Source: Rhodothermales bacterium
Lineage (GTDB): Bacteria > Bacteroidota > Rhodothermia > Rhodothermales > Bin80
Length of the DNA: 64,000 nucleotides
Reading direction: 5' to 3'
NCBI GenBank assembly: GCA_022822185.1
Contig: JAJECE010000077.1
Coordinates: forward strand, 2,504 to 66,503
Below, in pieces: positions 61,954 to 64,000 of this stretch. How positions within the stretch are numbered: position 1 is the first letter of the stretch; every line of letters begins with the position of its first letter. The notes under the pieces are model-generated. The model had not been told where the DNA came from. It worked only from the letters and a program-made list of their open reading frames with translations, and did no database searches. Position numbers and translations under genes: made by a program.

Positions 61954-61955
61954 AT

Positions 61956-63431
61956 TTGACCAGACAAAAGGGCCGAATGAGATGGCCATTCCACATCCGT
62001 AAATCCGGGTTCCCCGCCCGGGCCCCCACACGAACATGGATGTTTCTCACCTTTGCGCTTTTTGTGGGGATTGCAGCCGGCGGAGTCGCGTTTTATTTAA
62101 CCCTGGATTTGAGCAGTCATATCCGCAGAGCGGCACATGACAGCCATCTCACGGACACGCGGCACCTTGCATCCATCCTGCGAGCCACGGATATGAGATC
62201 TGTACCCTCCGACCAGTGGCTTGACACGCTGAGCCCCGCGGCCACCACCATGCTGGAGCTTGGCGACCTGCACACTTTTATCGGACACCATGATTCCCTC
62301 TACTGGCGAAATGACCCTCTGGAGGAGAAGGCCGTCCTTAAGATCCTTTCCCAAACCCCGGATGAAACACCTTTTTTTGATGTCATGGCAATGGGAAATG
62401 GGCAGAGAATTATGGTCGGTGCAATCCGGCAGGACGGGATTGTGGTTGGGCTGGCACGACCGGTGAGTGCGCTGTATATGTTGGCGACCGAGATGCGAGA
62501 CCGCATGATTGCGGGAATTGGGCTTGCATTATTTATGGCCATGATCGGGGCCTGGATCGCCTCTGCACAGGTTACCAAGCCACTGCGGACGATTATGCAT
62601 ACCGCCCGGCGGATCGTTGCAGGGGAATATGGAGCCCCCATTCGGGTCTCCTCCAGAGCGGCAGAATTCCAGGATCTGGGGTACAACCTTGAATACATGT
62701 CCCGAATCTATACAGAAAAAATTAACGAGTTGGAGGATGTTACCCAGCTTCAGCGCGAATTTATCAGCAATGTATCCCATGAAGTACGGAACCCCATCTT
62801 TGCGATCAGCGGTTTTCTGGAAGCTTTGGGATCCCCTAAACTCTCGGAAGAACATCGTCAGAGGTACTCAGCAAAAGGGTTACAGAACCTGAAGCGTCTC
62901 AGCAACCTGTTCGGTTCGCTCATTGACATTGCACGACTTGAGAACCGCGACCAGCCGCTGAACATCTCCAGATTTAATCTGGCCGCTGTCGCCATGGATA
63001 CAAAAGACATCCTGATCCGTCAGGCACAAAAAAAAGACCTGCGGCTGGAGCTTGACGAACAGGATACCTGGGTAGAGGCAGATGAAGATCAGATTCGGCG
63101 GGTTTTCCTGAATCTGGTTGATAATGCAATTCGATACAGCACTTCCGGGACGGTTCGCTGCCGCTTTCACAAACGTCTGGACAAAGCCCGTGTGGAGGTG
63201 ATTGATGATGGACAGGGAATCCCTGAAGATCATCTGCATCTGATCTTTGAACGCTTTCACCGGGTTGACCGTGCACGCGCCCGACGCGATGGGGGATCTG
63301 GACTGGGATTAGCCATCGTGAAACAGATCCTGCAGGAGCACGGGGAGTCCATTCATGTGGAGAGTATTGTTGGGCGGGGATCCCGCTTCTGGTTTGAATT
63401 GCCGCTGTTGCCAGAGGAACCCGAATCTTGA
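61956..63431 (+). CDS. Sensor histidine kinase (TM-sensor-TM, HAMP, HisKA, HATPase_c)
   Basis: 491 aa. H-box FISNVSHEVRNPI, N box LVDNAIRYS, G boxes DDGQGIP and GSGLGLAIV. An alternative ATG is at 61977. Confidence 0.9.
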   Translation: MTRQKGRMRWPFHIRKSGFPARAPTRTWMFLTFALFVGIAAGGVAFYLTLDLSSHIRRAAHDSHLTDTRHLASILRATDMRSVPSDQWLDTLSPAATTMLELGDLHTFIGHHDSLYWRNDPLEEKAVLKILSQTPDETPFFDVMAMGNGQRIMVGAIRQDGIVVGLARPVSALYMLATEMRDRMIAGIGLALFMAMIGAWIASAQVTKPLRTIMHTARRIVAGEYGAPIRVSSRAAEFQDLGYNLEYMSRIYTEKINELEDVTQLQREFISNVSHEVRNPIFAISGFLEALGSPKLSEEHRQRYSAKGLQNLKRLSNLFGSLIDIARLENRDQPLNISRFNLAAVAMDTKDILIRQAQKKDLRLELDEQDTWVEADEDQIRRVFLNLVDNAIRYSTSGTVRCRFHKRLDKARVEVIDDGQGIPEDHLHLIFERFHRVDRARARRDGGSGLGLAIVKQILQEHGESIHVESIVGRGSRFWFELPLLPEEPES

Positions 63432-63519
63432 GGAACCATTGGCAGGGAACCAAGTAGTACCGGTTGCAGAATATACTCGCACACTTCCCATTCTGAGTGC
63501 AGGCACTGCTGCGAGTGGA

Positions 63520-63549
63520 ACCTCCCATGGTTGGATGAGGTGTTTTTTT
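63520..63549 (+). terminator. Weak intrinsic terminator after the two-component operon
   Basis: ACCTC (63520..63524) pairs with GAGGT (63537..63541), followed by G and T7 (63543..63549). The stem is only 5 bp and the loop is 12 nt. Confidence 0.3.
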
Positions 63550-63678
63550 GTTATCTTACGTCGCTGATGCGGCATTTTAAAAACAGCAAAACTCGAAAAA
63601 TTTATCAGAACAAAAGGATCTATCCACTGCATTTAGCGGGCGATATGCTTCCCGGTATCAAGTTTTTCCTACACAGAG

Positions 63679-64000
63679 ATGGCTGATCTTCCACCTGATC
63701 GCGCGGTTGCCAGTATTGGTTCCGCCACGTCGAACAAGCAGGCTGAAACCAACGGTCACTCCCCTGCAATTCAGGGGGATGTACTGTTTGCGGACATTGA
63801 TGAGTCCTGTTACGGGGAAGGATTTGAAATAGAACAGGTCCGGCCTTCCGATTTTGACAGACAAACGCTGCTGCATGTGCTGCGCGTCATGCATACCGCA
63901 CGGATCCTTGATGGAAAGATGCTTTCCCTGCTCAAACAGGGGAAGGGGTTTTTTCATATCGGCTGCAGCGGGCACGAAGCCACACAGACCGCTATTGGCC
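63679..64000 (+). CDS. Thiamine-diphosphate-dependent 2-oxoacid dehydrogenase E1 component (alpha or fused alpha/beta), N-terminal 107 codons; CDS runs off the right edge
   Basis: Not in the ORF track because there is no stop in the window. My translation from ATG 63679 is MADLPPDRAVASIGSATSNKQAETNGHSPAIQGDVLFADIDESCYGEGFEIEQVRPSDFDRQTLLHVLRVMHTARILDGKMLSLLKQGKGFFHIGCSGHEATQTAIG. The R.LD.K...L.KQGK..F.....GHEA pattern is typical of E1 alpha N-termini. The tracked minus ORF 63658..63975 is its antisense shadow. Confidence 0.65.
   Translation, partial: MADLPPDRAVASIGSATSNKQAETNGHSPAIQGDVLFADIDESCYGEGFEIEQVRPSDFDRQTLLHVLRVMHTARILDGKMLSLLKQGKGFFHIGCSGHEATQTAIG

Noticed and set aside
63658-63975. 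A 105-aa minus-strand ORF at the right edge.
   Set aside because: The + strand in the codon-aligned frame encodes a recognisable 2-oxoacid dehydrogenase E1 N-terminus starting at 63679. The minus ORF is its antisense shadow.

Overview
The window reads like a chromosomal segment of a Bacteroidota-lineage bacterium, possibly Rhodothermia/Balneolia-like. That guess rests only on gene content: a SusC/SusD pair, a GLPGLI protein, several proteins ending in T9SS C-terminal sorting domains, and many lipoproteins. I support about 36 protein genes and 3 tRNAs.

Gene order, left to right:
- Left edge: a large Fn3-array surface-protein gene, complement(<1..3130). It is missing from the ORF track because it runs off the window.
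- Housekeeping genes (gpmI, nth, tRNA-Glu, tRNA-His, ribH, mutS2), interspersed with a PorZ-like beta-propeller T9SS protein, a TonB-dependent receptor and a BatA/vWA-like membrane protein.
- A protease-rich SusC/SusD locus: two paralogous T9SS-tagged S8 peptidases in inverted orientation, an S9 peptidase and a GLPGLI protein.
- A small AT-richer accessory islet (33.0-35.9 kb). It begins with a truncated, roughly 90% identical copy of the S8 peptidase promoter and 5' end, and carries an 11-residue-repeat membrane protein and a collagen-like lipoprotein.
- A four-gene operon of FG-GAP/VCBS + ASPIC/UnbV (CRTAC1-type) lipoproteins, then a T9SS-tagged FG-GAP protein and a sulfatase.
- A long minus-strand housekeeping run: nhaC, Na+:alanine symporter, pdxA, pepA, nrnA, murF, ddl, pyrC.
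- An OmpR-type regulator with its histidine kinase, and the start of a 2-oxoacid dehydrogenase E1 gene that runs off the right edge.

I saw no CRISPR array, rRNA, transposase, integrase or recognisable defence gene.

The least explained signals are non-coding:
- Three related elements sharing the core AATGGCG-N5-ACGGGGATCGC, each in an unusually long intergenic gap.
- An orphan strong terminator upstream of ribH.
- The exact 11-mer AAAAAAACGCA, three times in the divergent FG-GAP/sulfatase promoter region.

All product names come from motif recognition by eye. No database search or structure prediction was run.
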